Below, in pieces: positions 33,600 through 46,689 of a stretch of 64,000 nucleotides of DNA. The notes under the pieces are model-generated. The model was not told the DNA's origin, searched no databases, and saw only the letters and a list, made by a program, of their open reading frames with translations. Both the position numbers and the translations under genes were made by a program. The stretch's first letter is position 1; each line of letters begins with the position of its first letter. Origin of the DNA: Podarcis tiliguerta (Eukaryota); assembly GCA_965153285.1 (NCBI GenBank), contig OZ229117.1; one strand, 5' to 3'.

Positions 33600-35330
33600 C
33601 TTTCGGCTAGACACAGGCAGCTGCCCGCTCCGGGTTCAGAGACCCCAAAGGCGAAACACCAGCGCCGCCCGACCCGTAGCCTGCCAGTTTCGATGTGCTA
33701 CAGGCCCCAAGGAGGAGCCATTCCAGGCCAGCGGCAGGAGCAAGAGCCGGAAGGGAAGGCGAGCGACCAGGCTGGGCAGAGGCCAAGCCCTCCAGCCGCG
33801 GACCAGGAAGCGCCGCTTCTTCGCCCGCGCCTCTCGCCACCGGCTGGCCGAAGGCAGCTTCAGGCGGCGGCCCCTCCGGGCCTCTCTCGCCTTTCCCGGG
33901 GCCCTTCCCTGCCTCGGTCCGTTCCTCGGGCGAAAGGCGACCGGGAAGGCGGGGGAGGCTTGTGAGGGCGGCGGGAAGCAGGACCTCGAGTCGTCCAAGG
34001 AGGGCAACGGCCCCGCTCCCCGGAAAACGCAGAGCCGAGCGAGGGCGGTCAGCCGGGGCGGCCTTACCCGGGGGCGGTCTTTTTGTCTCCGTCTGTCCCG
34101 GCAGGCAGCGAAGGTGGCGTCGGCGGCGTCACGGATCCAGCCTCAGCTGGGCAGGCGGAGGGATACGTCTCTTCTCTGCTTTTCAGGAGGAGGTGCGCGA
34201 CAGCGACAGTAGCAAAAGCAATAGTCGTAGTTCTTAGCAGCGTCCGGCCCTCTGTCTGCGACGCGGCTTCTCCAAGATACAGTGCAGCGACGCACGGGGC
34301 GCTTTGTGTTTGTACGGAACTACTTTACGGGCGGAGGGATCTTTCGCCGGAGAAAGAGGGACCTCAATAAAAGTCGTACTTCCTAAAACAAGCGTTACCT
34401 TCATTGAGGTCCCTCCATAGCCCTCAACCGCGGCTGGAGAGTTCCGGCCTCGTCGGGTACGACGTCGGAGAAGGAGGAGGAAGAGGTGGCGGCCCCGCCC
34501 ACTGCCCCCCTCCCTCCGAGCTGCTTCCCATCCCCGGGGGCGTCGCGCGGCAGACTGGAGCCCTCCCGCTGTAGGGGCGCTCGCGTGAATGGCCGGGCGC
34601 CTTGCAGGACATGGCGGGGGCGTCAATCGAGTCCCCCTGCTCGTGGCTTGAAAAGAGGCGGGGACGGCGGCAGCCCTGCCACTAGCACCGCGGCGGCGCC
34701 GCTCCGACAAGAGGAGAAGCGTCCCCGTGGAAGGAGGCGACTCGGGGCAAGGGAGGCGGGTTGCAGCAGCAGCAGTTGCTCCTGCTCCTCCTCCTCCTCG
34801 GTAGCCGGGCCCGTGGAGAGCGCCGAAGGACACAACTCTGGCCCTGCTGGCTGGTCTGGGTGCGTGAAGCCCCCGGAGGCGCCGGCCTGATGGCTGCGGG
34901 ACCGCCTCCCGGCTGAGCGCCTGCGCCGGCCTCGGGATCGGCGCCCCTGCTGCCAGGCAGGAGGCGCGCTCCGCTCAGAGGGGAGGGCTCCAGCGCCGCG
35001 CGCCCCCGTCCGCCTGTCTGTCCGTCGGTCCCGCCGTGCACGAGCCGGGCGCTCCCGCCGTGCCGCCATCTTCCTCTGTCTGTCTGTCTGCCAGCCCGGG
35101 CGGCCCTTTGTCCTCCTGCAGCGCTGCTGGGCGAGCCCAGGCCGGGCGACGGAGTCAGGTAAGGGCCGAGGCGGCGGCAGCCTCCTTTCGAGCGCGGGGT
35201 GGGGGCTGATCTCTAAATGCCCCCCGCTCGCCTACCCTGGTCATCCCCCGCATGGTGACAGGGCTCTTCTTTCCGCAGGTGCGCCCCCCCCGGGGGGGGA
35301 ACCATGTCCCGTCGGAAACAGACCACCCCC
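33600..35330. promoter_or_regulatory. CpG island; divergent promoter of IST1 and ZNF821
   Basis: Very high GC and CpG content. Minus-strand donor at 34398 (putative IST1 5' UTR exon) and plus-strand donor CAG|GTAAGG at 35158 (ZNF821 5' UTR exon). Confidence 0.85.
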
Positions 35331-38300
35331 AATAAAGTCCACTGTGAGTAATAAGGGGAGGGGGGATGTTGTCACTTCCACCTTCACCCCCTTCCCCCGC
35401 TCAAGCGAGGCATCCTCATCCGCAAAATGATGGGGGGGACAGCCCTCCCCTCCACTATTTGCTGCATTCTTCTCCCATAGCCCTCCCTGCCCAGCATCGA
35501 GGATTTGTTGGCTGAGCTGAGACATGTCCACGTATCACCTCTTGTAGCCTAAGGGCTCCTTAGGTAGTCTGGGGGCTCAGAACCCCTCTCTGCCATTCTA
35601 GTGGCATTCTGTCTCTCATTGGGCCACCTTACCCACTGATGTTTTTTCTGCAAATGAACAGCTTTTCAGCACTAGTTGGGAATGGCTGGCTAGTCTCCCT
35701 TGCACAATGAGGAACAGGGGACTTCCAGGCACCATGATAGCTTTAGGATCAGAATTGAAATAGCAAAGGCCCAGGAAAGAGTCTGGCAATTTCAGGCAAG
35801 CACTGCCCACTTTGCACAACTTAAGAGAAAACGTATCAAGGAGGAACTAAAGCAGATAACTAAACCTGGACCACAAAATCCACAGAAGACGTCTCCCACC
35901 ACAAATTTGGTTTGGAAAAGTAGATAAATAGGTTTGCTATTGCCTACACTAAAGCATCTTTTACACACATGTAACAGCTTTACCCCTGGAGGAGAACCTG
36001 TATGGCAGGACAAGCTCTTCCAAAATATGGGCCCCGGGGGTGGGGGAGCACATGCAAATTCTAGGGCGGAGCCAGGGCAGGCAAGAGCCCTCCCTGTGTG
36101 CTTAATGCTGCTGAAGACATTTGTATTTCCAGGTCATGTTGGAAAGGATGCGAAGGGACGGATTGGTCAGGCCACCGTTGCTTTGCAGGAAGGGTTTGGG
36201 GAAAGCTGTTTTGGGGAATGGAGCCCAGGCATTAGTCCCATTCTGGGCCATCTTCAGGTAGGGGAGACCATCACTGGACATCTGAGGAGGGGGCAAGGAA
36301 TGATTGGGCTTGGGAAGGGCAATGGGCTAATGCGGCTTCTTCCTCCCCCATTGTACTTCCAGGGGAGCAAGTCTTTGCTGGGTTAGAAGAGCACACACGT
36401 CAGGCCATGATGCGAAGAGACTTCCCTGGGCTGCTTGGAGCCCAGTCACCACTCATGCAGCAGCTGCCACCTCCGCCACAAGAAAAGGACTCCAGCAGCA
36501 GCAGTAGCAGCAGCAGCAACAGTGAGTTTCCCCATCTGGTACTGGAGGGCAGCTCTGGGACACCTGGGAGAGACCAAACACCTGCATGCTGCTTTGGAAT
36601 CCTGTCAGCTGGTCTGTGGCAGAGGCCTAAAGCTGTTCTGTATTCCAGGTGATAGCGAGGGGGATGAGACAACACAAGATGAGGTCTCCTCCCATGCTTC
36701 TGAGGAGGACGGAGCATCAGCGACAGTGAAAAAGGAACTGGAACTTACTGAGCAGCTGGGCTGCAGCAAGCAGGTCGCTCGAGGCCATGAGGCAAGTGCA
36801 TCACATTGGCCGTAGTCAACATATACTAAAGCAAAAGTGCAACGCTGCTGTGGTTACTCGGTGGAAGGGAGGATAGCAATAGCAGACTCTTGGATGGCCC
36901 TAGCATGGAGAAAGAGGACTGTATAGCCCACTCTGGGATTCCTGGGACTGGTCCATTGATGTGTCCAAGTGATCACTACAGCAGGCTCAAGTGATTGGGT
37001 CTGGGCTTTTTGGCATTAGAGTTCCCTAATGGTAATGGGGGCAAGGGAAGTGATAGGGCTGTTGTCATCTCATTCTGGGCTTCCCAGAAGAGGTATTTGG
37101 TTTGGCTCCTGTGTGTTAGACAATACACAACTAGGTAGACCCTCAATCTGATTGCGCAGGGCTAATCTTACATTGTAGAGAATCTGTCAACATGGTCTTA
37201 AAGGGTCTGGTGCAGCATCAGTTGGGGGGAGGGGTATGTGTATGCATGTGGCAGAATACCAGGCATGGGTTTTGTCCTCTGCTCTTTCCTTAGCCTGCTT
37301 TTCCTTGCTTGCAGATGGGTTTAAATGCCAGCCCAGATACCCTGATGGGACTCTCTCGTTGTCCCCTCTGCCAGCTAGAGTGTGGAAGCAGGGAGCAGCT
37401 TGTCACTCACGTCTATCAGGTACTTAGAGGGGGCTTTGATGAGACCATCACGCAAGGCTAAACCATCCCTGCCCTGGCTCCCCCTTTCCTTCCAGGCTGA
37501 AATTAGTAATCCTGGACTGGGAAAGGGTGGGGATGGGGGCAGGGGTTGTTGGCATTGGATGCAATTTGAATCATCCCCCCTGGTGGGTTTGCACCACATC
37601 CCAGGGAAGGCCTTGCGGGTCTCTCTCCTTCTTTCCCTAACAGAAGAGGGAGCTCTTCCGTGGCATGGCCTTGGCTGCCAGCCCTCATAGGGACAGCTGA
37701 GAGGGGGACAGGGCGGCGGAGCCCTTGCCTCACAGCCCGGCCTCGTTTGCAGCATACGGCAGCTGTGGTCAGTGCCAAGAGCTACCTGTGTCCCGTCTGT
37801 GGCCGAGCACTCAGCTCCCCGGGCTCCTTGGGCAGGCACCTCCTCATCCACTCCGAGGACCAACTGTCCAACTGTGCGGTGTGTGGGGCTCGCTTCACCA
37901 GCCATGCTACTTTCAACAGGTGAGAAGTGGGCATCTCTGATGGTGGGACTGGGACAATGTGGCCCAGGCTGCATTTTGGAAGTCCTGGAGGGGCCCTGTT
38001 CAGTGGAAGCAATGGAAGTTATACCTGGCAATTTCTGGAGGCAGCTGGAATAGGTGACCCCAGCCCGGAGCATTCTGCAGGCCAGCATTCATGTGGGTGG
38101 GGTGGCTTGTAAGCATGGCCAGAGGGAGGGGGAGGGTTACAGCTAAGGCAGTAGCTTGCAAGCCTACACAATGGCTTCTTAAGATCTGTGCCGACCACCC
38201 GTCATTTCTACTCTTCGACTTTCACAGTGAGAAGGTGTCAGAGGTGCTGTGTGGAGATGCCCTGCCCATTCCCCTCCCTGAGGCTTCTTCTGGTGCCGAG

Positions 38301-38897
38301 GAAAAAGCAGGTGGTGGCGCTGCTGCTGCTGTCAGCCCCACAGTGTATCCTGCTGGCATCCTCCTGGTGTGCAACAGCTGCGTGGCCTACCGCAAGCTTC
38401 TGGAAGCTCAAGCTCCAGGGGTTCGCAAGTGGGCCTTGCGAAGGCAGAACGAGCCCCTGGAGGTGCGGCTGCAGCGCCTGGAGCGAGAGCGCACAGCTAA
38501 GAAGAGCCGTCGAGACAACGAGACGCCGGAGGAGCGGGAGGTGAGGCGCATGAGGGATCGAGAGGCCAAGCGGCTGCAGCGCATGCAGGAGACGGACGAG
38601 CAGCGTGCACGCCGCCTGCAGCGGGACCGTGAAGCGATGCGCCTCAAGCGGGCCAGTGAGACCCCTGAGAAGCGGCAGGCTCGGCTCATCCGGGAGCGTG
38701 AAGCCAAGAGGCTAAAGCGGCGGCTGGAGAAAATGGACATGATGCTGCGGGCACAGTTTGGCCAGGACCCCTCGGCCATGGCTGCATTGGCAGCCGAGAT
38801 GAACTTCTTCCCACTGCCAGTGGGTGGGCTAGAGCTTGAGGGGCAGCTGCTTGGTAAAATGGCCTTTGAGGAGCCGAGTCCCAGTGCCCTGCACTGA
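35304..38897 (+). CDS. ZNF821: Zinc finger protein 821, about 427 aa
   Basis: Exons 35304-35343, 36363-36521, 36649-36791, 37315-37419, 37753-37919, 38228-38897; total 1284 nt. Starts MSRRKQTTPNKVHW; C2H2 finger CPVCGRALSSPGSLGRHLLIH; STPR repeats (ETPEEREVRR, ETDEQRARR, ETPEKRQAR); AATAAA at 39035-39040. Confidence 0.96.
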
Positions 38898-41800
38898 GGA
38901 GGGTAAAAAGGAGGACCTGCTCTTGTCTGCTGAGGCCCCACTTGCTCCGCCAGTGAAGCATGGAACTGGAGTGTGACAACGGTCTGAGAGGGGCAGGGAG
39001 GGAGGAAGGGGCGGGCGCACTGGCTGTGATCAGAAATAAATTAATTGTACATGTCCTCAGTCTGTGCCTCGTGGGCGTGGCCAATTCACTGCAGCAGCTT
39101 GAGAGGCAGCTGCTGCTGCTGCCTTGCCTAGCTTGCTTCCTTGCTGGGCAAGATCCAGCTGGAACTTTGCAGTTCTGTAGCCTGTCCCTTACTATATCAC
39201 GCTGGAGCTCTTAAGTGGGGACTAGCAAAGAAGGGGGAGTCCTGAAGAGGGAGGTGTATAATACGGCTTGGAGCCTCACAAGTTACCCACAGGGGTGTAT
39301 TAGGCCTAATCATAGTAGCTGCTAGACTTAGGTACAGCAGCACCAAATGGGAGGTTTGTGGAAGAATTTTACATTCTGGGGGGGCGGGTACGTGTTGGGG
39401 AGGGAGAAAGCAGCTAGATTTGAGTGCTGCTGCTCTTGCCTTTGTGCTTAGAGAGATGGTGGTAGAAGGGAGGCAGTTTCTCCCAGGGAGCACCAGTGAA
39501 AGGCAGACTTCTAAACAAAGGCTAGAGGAACACCCTACTGAGGGGTATATTTATTTTCTTGGTCAGCAGCCTGTGTCGTCTCTTGCCCAACTTCCAAACT
39601 AGGTAAAAGGGAGAGACTTGGCTGCACAAGCGAGGAGAAGTTATCTCTGACTTGTTAGCCAGGTCTGTTCTGTCCTATTAATCTTAAATCATAAAACCTA
39701 TGTGCAGCCTGTTAAATTTTTTACACAACAGAACAGAGCTAATTGCACCAGTGTGAAGATTGCTAATTGGGGCTTTAGTGACCACTGTATGAATTTAAGG
39801 AAGTTTCCTTTATGAGCTTTGGTGTTTCTGCCAAAATTTTCTCCAGGAGACAAGTAAGACACAGACACATCAAAGGAAAAGCTATTGGCTTATAATTATA
39901 TAGATATATATATAGATATAGATATATGTATATATACTGTTTACATAAGAACAAGTTAAATGCAGTATTCATAAGAGCATTAACAATAAAAATACAATCT
40001 GTGTGTACAGAGACTTTAAATGGTAAAACAGGAAAAAGGATCTCACCCAAAATACAAATATACAGTACAAATTGATTTATTTAAAACAGGTACAAAAAAA
40101 GCACAACAAAATAGATTATCCTCCTTAGATTGGTAATGCTTCATTAAAGATCAGGTAGGAGAAAAGGGGCTGGGCACTCAGCTAGTCCTAAGGCTTTAGA
40201 GATACGATGCAGTGGGTTTCGGAGTGAAGATGACTGGTGTTGGTTGCAGGGCTGCTACACACTTGCCCCTTGCCAGCTGCATACAGGAAGGTGACCCACC
40301 CCAACTAAGGTGCTATGCAAGGGATTGAAGGGTGGCAGGCTGACTCTGTTTGCTGTCTTCCTCGGTGCATCTTGAGATATAGCAAAGGAACTTTCTCTGC
40401 AACAAGCCACTGGGTCAGGCCATCGCTCAGTGTTTCTGGGCAGAGGTGGGACTTAATATAAGCGGATGTTTGCTCTTGCAGGTCAGGGCTACAGAAACAG
40501 CTGGCAAGAAGGGACGGGAAACCTTTTAGCTGGAAAGGGTATCTGGTTGGTGCCCTTCTGAAAAGCAGGACCCCAGTTCATCACCCCCTAGTTTGGCACC
40601 CCACACTGAAACGTGTCTCTTTTAGCAGCCCCCATCCTACCCCATGGAATGGCCAAATGGACACAGCTGTGCAGCTGCCAGTCCCACAGTATTGCATATT
40701 AGGGAGCCCTTCCCAAATATTTACTAGGGCTTGGAAAGGGGTCGTGCTGTAGTGTCACAAGAGAGAAATAGCTTATTGCTCTAGGAAGCTGGTTCTCCCA
40801 ACCCTCCAGCGGCCCCAGATGGAGTAGTGCCCAAAGACACTTCCATATTTTGTAGCTCTATTCCTAACTCGGTCCTGGGCCCTAAGGGCTGTGCAGCAAG
40901 CTATCCTGAAACAGCACTGGACCAGGGTGGCAGTAGTGTTGGGCGGTCCAGATGAACTGAGGGGAACTGACCCTCAATAGCCATGGAGGGCCAGAGTTGG
41001 TGCCAATGAAAGTTGGTGCCAATCAGGCTCTTCTGCTGTGATGCTGTGCAAGTGATCCATCTCCCATGAAGCCCTGGGAGTAGAAGGGCACTCTGCCCTA
41101 ATGCCATGAAGCAGACATCTCCTCCCTGGTGGCAGGGGAGCTGAAGGACAAAGGAGAAACCTAGGCCAGCATTTACATGGAAATGAGCGTTGGTCTAGTA
41201 AGCACACAATCCAGGGGAGCCCAAGAGCAAGGAAGGAAGGCAGAGGGTGGTTTGCGGGGAAACCTGGCTCGGAATAGTGCAAAGTGCCGGGCCTTCCAGA
41301 GGAGAACAGCAAAGTCTTCCACCTTTCATATAGAGAGGGCTTGGAGTGGATGAGGTGGCTGGTCAGACAGGAAAGCAGTTCCCGTTGTGAGCCAGGAATG
41401 CCTGTAGGCAATGGCCTAAAAGCAACAACTGTAGACAAAACATCCAAGGGAAACAAGCCAAGGCTGCCCATTTGGAGCAGTGGGAGGAGCTTCCTGGCTG
41501 CTATTCTGGAGTGGGACTTGGATGGCACTGATGCAGAGTCACGGCTATGATTCAGAGCCCTAGAGCTCACCCCTGCCGACTTGAGGGCACAAGTGCAGGA
41601 GAGGGTACTCAGCCAGCGTCTTGAACCCAAGCAGTTCTACAGCTTTCTCGGCTCAAAAACTGTTAACTAGTTGCACATTGTATCTTCTTTCATTCTGTTT
41701 GAGTCACCAGTGCACACAGAAGAGCAATTTTCATCTTTATCAGAAGAACCTGAATACATTTTTCTAATATCCAAAGAAATCTTACACATGTAGTAGGGGC

Positions 41801-42678
41801 CATTCAAGCTGGTTACAGTGGCCAGAATGCCCCCTCTCCAAACTCTCAATAGGAAATGCTTTAATCACCCCAAGGAAAAGCAGGAGCTGGCTGTAATTTG
41901 AGGCATCCACCACTGTGACAAGCCTTAGTCAGCCCAGGCCATTCAGACCTGGCTTAGCTGTGAACATCTAAGGCATCTGCAACAGAAGTGGATGCAGCCT
42001 TTCTAGAAGATGGAGGTGGGGACTTAAGAGCAGGATGGAGATAGCTGAAGAAGCCAGAGCTAGAACATCCTCTCACACGTACACCTACACCATTCCCACC
42101 TATGGGATTCGAGTTCTACCTGGCTGCAGAGCTGTGAGGCAACACATTGCCAGGTTTGCAATTTAACAGACCATTAACCATTTCCTTTCAATCTAACACA
42201 TGTGAGGAAATTGCATACAAATACTACCTCCCTGAGGAGAAATCCAGGCTCCCTTGACTCGGTGCCTGGAGAGGGGCTGCTGGGAGGCCCAGACAAAAAT
42301 CCTTAACTTGGGACCCGAGCAGAAGAAACCTGGCAAACTCCCTCACTGCTCCCTTGCCCTGGTAAAAGCACCCTCCTGCTATGTGTGAGCAAGTGTCCAA
42401 TAAAGTGCTTGAGTGAGGTGGGGGGGGGGATGTTGAGCCCTTGCTCCTCTCCTCACAGAAGCAGCGCAGTCACTGCTTCCTTCAGAGTCTCCCCTTGGCT
42501 GACCCCAATCTACCCTACCCAGGCTCAGACCTCCCCTACAGGGGGTGGAGAGAAGGAGCCTCTGTCAGTGGAATGATTCTAGGCACACAACTGGGGGAAG
42601 GGCCGAGCATCTCAGCAGTGGCCAAACTGGAAGGAACCCAGTTAAGCGTGGCACACAAGTTCGCCCACCACTGGGGCT

Positions 42679-44664
42679 TCACTTCCCTGCATTTGAACGG
42701 CCCTCGATGGACAACTTGACCTCCTGGGGAATGAATGAAGGGCGGAGGAGTGGTGGCCGGGGCTCCTCCCCAGACCTTTGGAAGCTGGGGCCTGCCCAAC
42801 CATGCAGAGAAACAGGATCGTGGTGGGTGGATTCCTGGGGGGAGCCCACTGCCACCCCACCCTTCTCTAATGGGTTTTTCTGCAGCTCCTGGAGACTCTC
42901 CCCAGCCCGCCCAGGTCTCTCTCGGGTAGCACTCTGGGGGCTTGCCTGGGGCACAAGCCTCCCATTCAGACTCTGTAAACTGATGGAGATGCAAACATCT
43001 CCCACCTGCAGCCTGTGGCAGGAGAGTGAGAAGAGCCGATTCGTCCTCTCTGGACTGCATGAGGACCAGCCCTGTCCATACACAAAGAAAGGGTGCTCAG
43101 GGGGCACATCAATGCTCACTTTGCTCTGCTGCTCCCCCACCACAAAATGCAGTGTGACGAAACCCTGCCAGGGACTCTCTTGGATGTCCACCACAGTGCT
43201 GGAGTCAATCTTGAGGCCACCACTCACCTCTGCACTGCGCACAAAGTCCTGGGTCTGCAGGTCCTCCACCCTCTTTAGCTCTCCTGTGGCCAGCTGGATG
43301 ATGGCTCCTTTCATGAAGTGGGAGGGTAAGTGGCTCTGGGAATGGGCACATTCCGTGTCAGGTAGTCCCTCATGGGCTGTTCCCTCAGGACTTGCACCTC
43401 CCAGGCCATCCTGAGCCCCAGGATGGAGGGACCCTGAGACTGGCCGACCATTGGCCATTGTAATGCCTTTCAGTATTTGCCGATGGCGGAGCTGCTCCTC
43501 AGGGGACTTTGCTGACAGTCTCCGAAAGTGGCTTTTCTCAGCAGTAGCAGCCACCACAAGTTCCACTGGGTTCCTCATTGACTCTGCCTTCTGCTCAGGG
43601 GGATTACGATGGGAAAGGTTTAGAGGGCTCAAGCCATCCTTCTGCTGAGCAGAACATACAGGGTAGTCCTGGGAAGCAAGCACTCCAACCACCCTCTGCA
43701 CCTCCAGGTCTGTATCTGGGGTGCTCCGCTGAGATGGCACAGAGATCTCTGTTCTCAAAATCTGACTGCTTGTCAAGAAGGTACCTTCAGTGCTGCACTC
43801 TACCGTTGTCCTTGGCCACTGCCCTTCAGCCTCACTTTCCTTCGCCCCCATGGCAGACCTTTGCACCCCGTTTGCTGTGACTTTAGGATCTAGCTGATTC
43901 TCCTGCAGAGACTGCTCAGTGTTTGGGCCAGCAACAGAAGCTTCATATGATGAATAGCCTGCTGGCAGACGGGACATCTGATAATAGACTGGAATTCGGC
44001 CCTGTGTAACATCCAGTGGCTGACCTCCAACATGGGGCTGCAGAGAGCCTGAAGGCAAAACTGAGGCACTGGTCTTGCCAAAGCTGTGGGCTGCCTGTGG
44101 AGAAGGAGCAGAGTCTTCAGCCAGGAGAGGTGCATAGGGCACAAAGTGTGGGATATGAGAGGCAGCAAGGCTGGCTGAAGAGGACAGAAGGTGGCTGGGC
44201 AGGAAGCCAGGAGGCACAGCAGCGGCATAGGGTACAGAGTAGTGTGATCCCACAAACTGCAAGGGAGCAGGAGGAAGTTGAGTGTAATGGATAGGCGAGT
44301 AGGGGATACCAGGGTGCGGGATCAGCTGCGAGGTCATACTGAAGGCTGGAGGCAGCGGGCTGACATTCACCACGGGTGAGAAGGTGGCCGGGGGCATCGC
44401 CACTTTGTACAATAAGCCGTACTGGTCCACGGTAAGACTGGTCACTGTGTCGGAGCTGCCACCAGCCTCCGTGTAACGTGAAGGTGTCTGGCTCTGCCTG
44501 CCTGTTGCTGAGCCCCGGGACCATTCCACAGAGGTCTCGCTGCCGCCACCGCCCACCAGACCCGACTCAGCCGCCCGCCCCGGCTCTTCGTTGTTGGCAG
44601 CCACCGGCAGGTCGCGCTTCTTGGGGGGGAGGAATTCCTGGCCCCGCTCCTGAGCCGCTCTCAT
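42679..44664 (-). CDS. ATXN1L: Ataxin-1-like, 661 aa, single coding exon
   Basis: Starts MRAAQERGQEFLPPKKRDLP; contains STPDTDLEVQ and the AXH domain (HFMKGAIIQLATGELKRVEDL...EHPFFVYGQGWSSC); ends PSFIPQEVKLSIEGRSNAGK. 5' UTR intron at 44756-44862. Confidence 0.97.
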   Translation of the reverse strand: MRAAQERGQEFLPPKKRDLPVAANNEEPGRAAESGLVGGGGSETSVEWSRGSATGRQSQTPSRYTEAGGSSDTVTSLTVDQYGLLYKVAMPPATFSPVVNVSPLPPAFSMTSQLIPHPGIPYSPIHYTQLPPAPLQFVGSHYSVPYAAAVPPGFLPSHLLSSSASLAASHIPHFVPYAPLLAEDSAPSPQAAHSFGKTSASVLPSGSLQPHVGGQPLDVTQGRIPVYYQMSRLPAGYSSYEASVAGPNTEQSLQENQLDPKVTANGVQRSAMGAKESEAEGQWPRTTVECSTEGTFLTSSQILRTEISVPSQRSTPDTDLEVQRVVGVLASQDYPVCSAQQKDGLSPLNLSHRNPPEQKAESMRNPVELVVAATAEKSHFRRLSAKSPEEQLRHRQILKGITMANGRPVSGSLHPGAQDGLGGASPEGTAHEGLPDTECAHSQSHLPSHFMKGAIIQLATGELKRVEDLQTQDFVRSAEVSGGLKIDSSTVVDIQESPWQGFVTLHFVVGEQQSKVSIDVPPEHPFFVYGQGWSSCSPERTNRLFSLSCHRLQVGDVCISISLQSLNGRLVPQASPQSATRERPGRAGESLQELQKNPLEKGGVAVGSPQESTHHDPVSLHGWAGPSFQRSGEEPRPPLLRPSFIPQEVKLSIEGRSNAGK

Positions 44665-44859
44665 GGCGCTCGTTTCGGGAAGCTGCAAGGTGGGCTGCTG
44701 CTGCTGTCGCCGCCTCCTCCTCCTCCTGCTCAAGGGGGTCTCCGGGCGGGATCACCTGCAAAGACACAGAGAAGAGCACAGGGGTCAGCCGGGTGGGGGG
44801 GGGCAGGCGGGCGGCTTCCGCCCGGCGGGGGGAAGGGAGCCCCGGACACTCCTGTCGCT

Positions 44860-45190
44860 TACCCGCCGCCACCGCCGCCGCCTCCACGGCTGAGTGCCAT
44901 CCCTCTGCCCGCCGACTCCGCAGCCACCCCGGGCCTGACCCCGCCCTCTTTCTTCTCCGCCGCCGCCGCTGCCGCCGCCTTGCACGGCGCGCCGGAACTG
45001 CCGAGGCTCATGACGTTAGGACGGCGCGCGCACAGCGCACAGCGATGACGTGTCGCCGCCTGCGGTTGCCATAACGACAGCCGAGGAAGCGGCGGCGGCA
45101 TCGCTATAGCGACAAACGCACCTGCCCTTCCCCTCTGCACGTGACGTCGCGCCCCGGCATCCCCGCGAGCTCTACTCCGTCGAGCCATAA
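44860..45190 (-). promoter_or_regulatory. ATXN1L CpG-island promoter with CRE half-sites, E-box and RFX X-box-like motifs
   Basis: TGACG(T) at about 45011, 45046 and 45142; CACGTG at 45138; GTTGCCATAACGAC at 45065-45078; palindrome TCGCTATAGCGA at 45101-45112. Confidence 0.6.
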
Positions 45191-46689
45191 CTGGTCTACC
45201 TGTAGGGTTGTTGTAAGGACTGCTGAGGTCTGGCTTGAGAAATAATAAGCGATGCTTGTGCACTTGAAGCGGTCTCTCCACTGTGTGATGTGCGTCTTTA
45301 TTAAGATGATGAAGCCGCCAGCCTCGTGCCTTTGCGGCAGGAAAACCGAAGCGCTCCCACGGGGTTTGCTGGTATCAAACTGGGATTGGAAAGGAACGAG
45401 TAAACTGGCGCTGCTTCTCGGTTGGCTATTCCAGGCCTTAAACCAGGAAGATGCGTAAATTATGGCCACAGTCAAATTCACGCTAAGCAAATCAAGGAAG
45501 GGGAAGCAGAGAGGAGAGACCTTTAATAGGAGCCTTACGCTATCCTGGCAAGGAACCGGTCTCTGTGCGGGTAGGCAGCCAGTAAGTGTTTCCAAAACCG
45601 CAAAGAGCCAGGCGGCTTCAGTCACAGACTCTGCACGGCACGAGTTCCTTTTACAAGGGCAACAATTCTCGAAGCACTTTCCAACCTTCAAGCATAAAAG
45701 TGGCCTTGGCTTTTTACTGGCCAGGACAGGAACAGCTTGCTGGTGCTATGTAGATGGGATGGGATAGAGCTGTCACTCGATGTTGAGTTGATTATTTATT
45801 TTTCCTTTGTGTCTGTGAGAAAGAGAGGAATGCTCTCAGTGGGGCTTCTGTCGCCCATCGATTTGCAACTAAAAAAAAAAAAAGCCGCTGTCTGGCGAGA
45901 TCCTAGGAAGAGCTCTGCTTGTCCGTTAGATCAAACTAAGTGGAGGAGGGAAGGGCTGCATGTGCTTTTGCGTGCAGACAGGACCAGACTTAAACTCCTG
46001 GCAGGCACTTTCAGGTAGGCCAGAGTGAGGAATCCTACCTAAAACTGTGAAAAGCTGTTGACCACCAGTGTAAGCAATACTGAGCTAGGTGGACCAAGAG
46101 ACTGACTCAATTTAAGACAGCTTCCTACAGTATCCCCATCTGTTTCCCAGCGATTAGCCAGATGTCCTAATGGAAGGCGGAAGCAGTGCAAAAAGCCGCC
46201 GACGTTGACTATCAGAGATAACGATTGAAGTGACCAATATATATTCCGTGGCGAGGCTTTCTAGCCCCCAAACCTTAATACTAGCCGCGGAACTGTAGAA
46301 CCCTAAGAGAGGCCAGAGCTGAAATGGATGTATCGGACACATTAGCGAAAACTGTTTCACGCAAATCAGAGGAGGTTGAGCCGGGAGGCTCTCCACGTTC
46401 AAACAAGGCGCTTGCCAGCAAGCTTCTTCGTCTCTCTGCGGCCTCAGAAACGGGACACTGGAGCTCCGTGCAAAGCCTGCAGTCCTGTGTATGTCCAAAG
46501 CACTGGGATATATTTCCGAGTAAACTTGCTTAAGATTGAGCTTGCTAGGAAAGCACGTGCTCTGTACGGACTTGGCCCCGCTACTGTCAGGCTAGCCCCC
46601 GGCAATTCGCAATTGGCGAAGACGCTTCAGTCGCCCTGACAGCTGGTTTTTTCCTCGAAGGACGGGCAGGCGCTTCGCTTCTTGGGCTG

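Noticed and set aside
33493-35069. Long ORFs (up to 239 aa) on both strands
   Set aside because: They lie in a CpG island where stops are rare; the translations are low-complexity Arg/Gly/Ala/Pro with no recognisable domain.
44665-44733. 23-aa N-terminal extension of ATXN1L (SRRRRRRRQQQQ) in the ORF track
   Set aside because: It starts at a non-ATG codon in simple-repeat 5' UTR; homology begins at the ATG at 44664.
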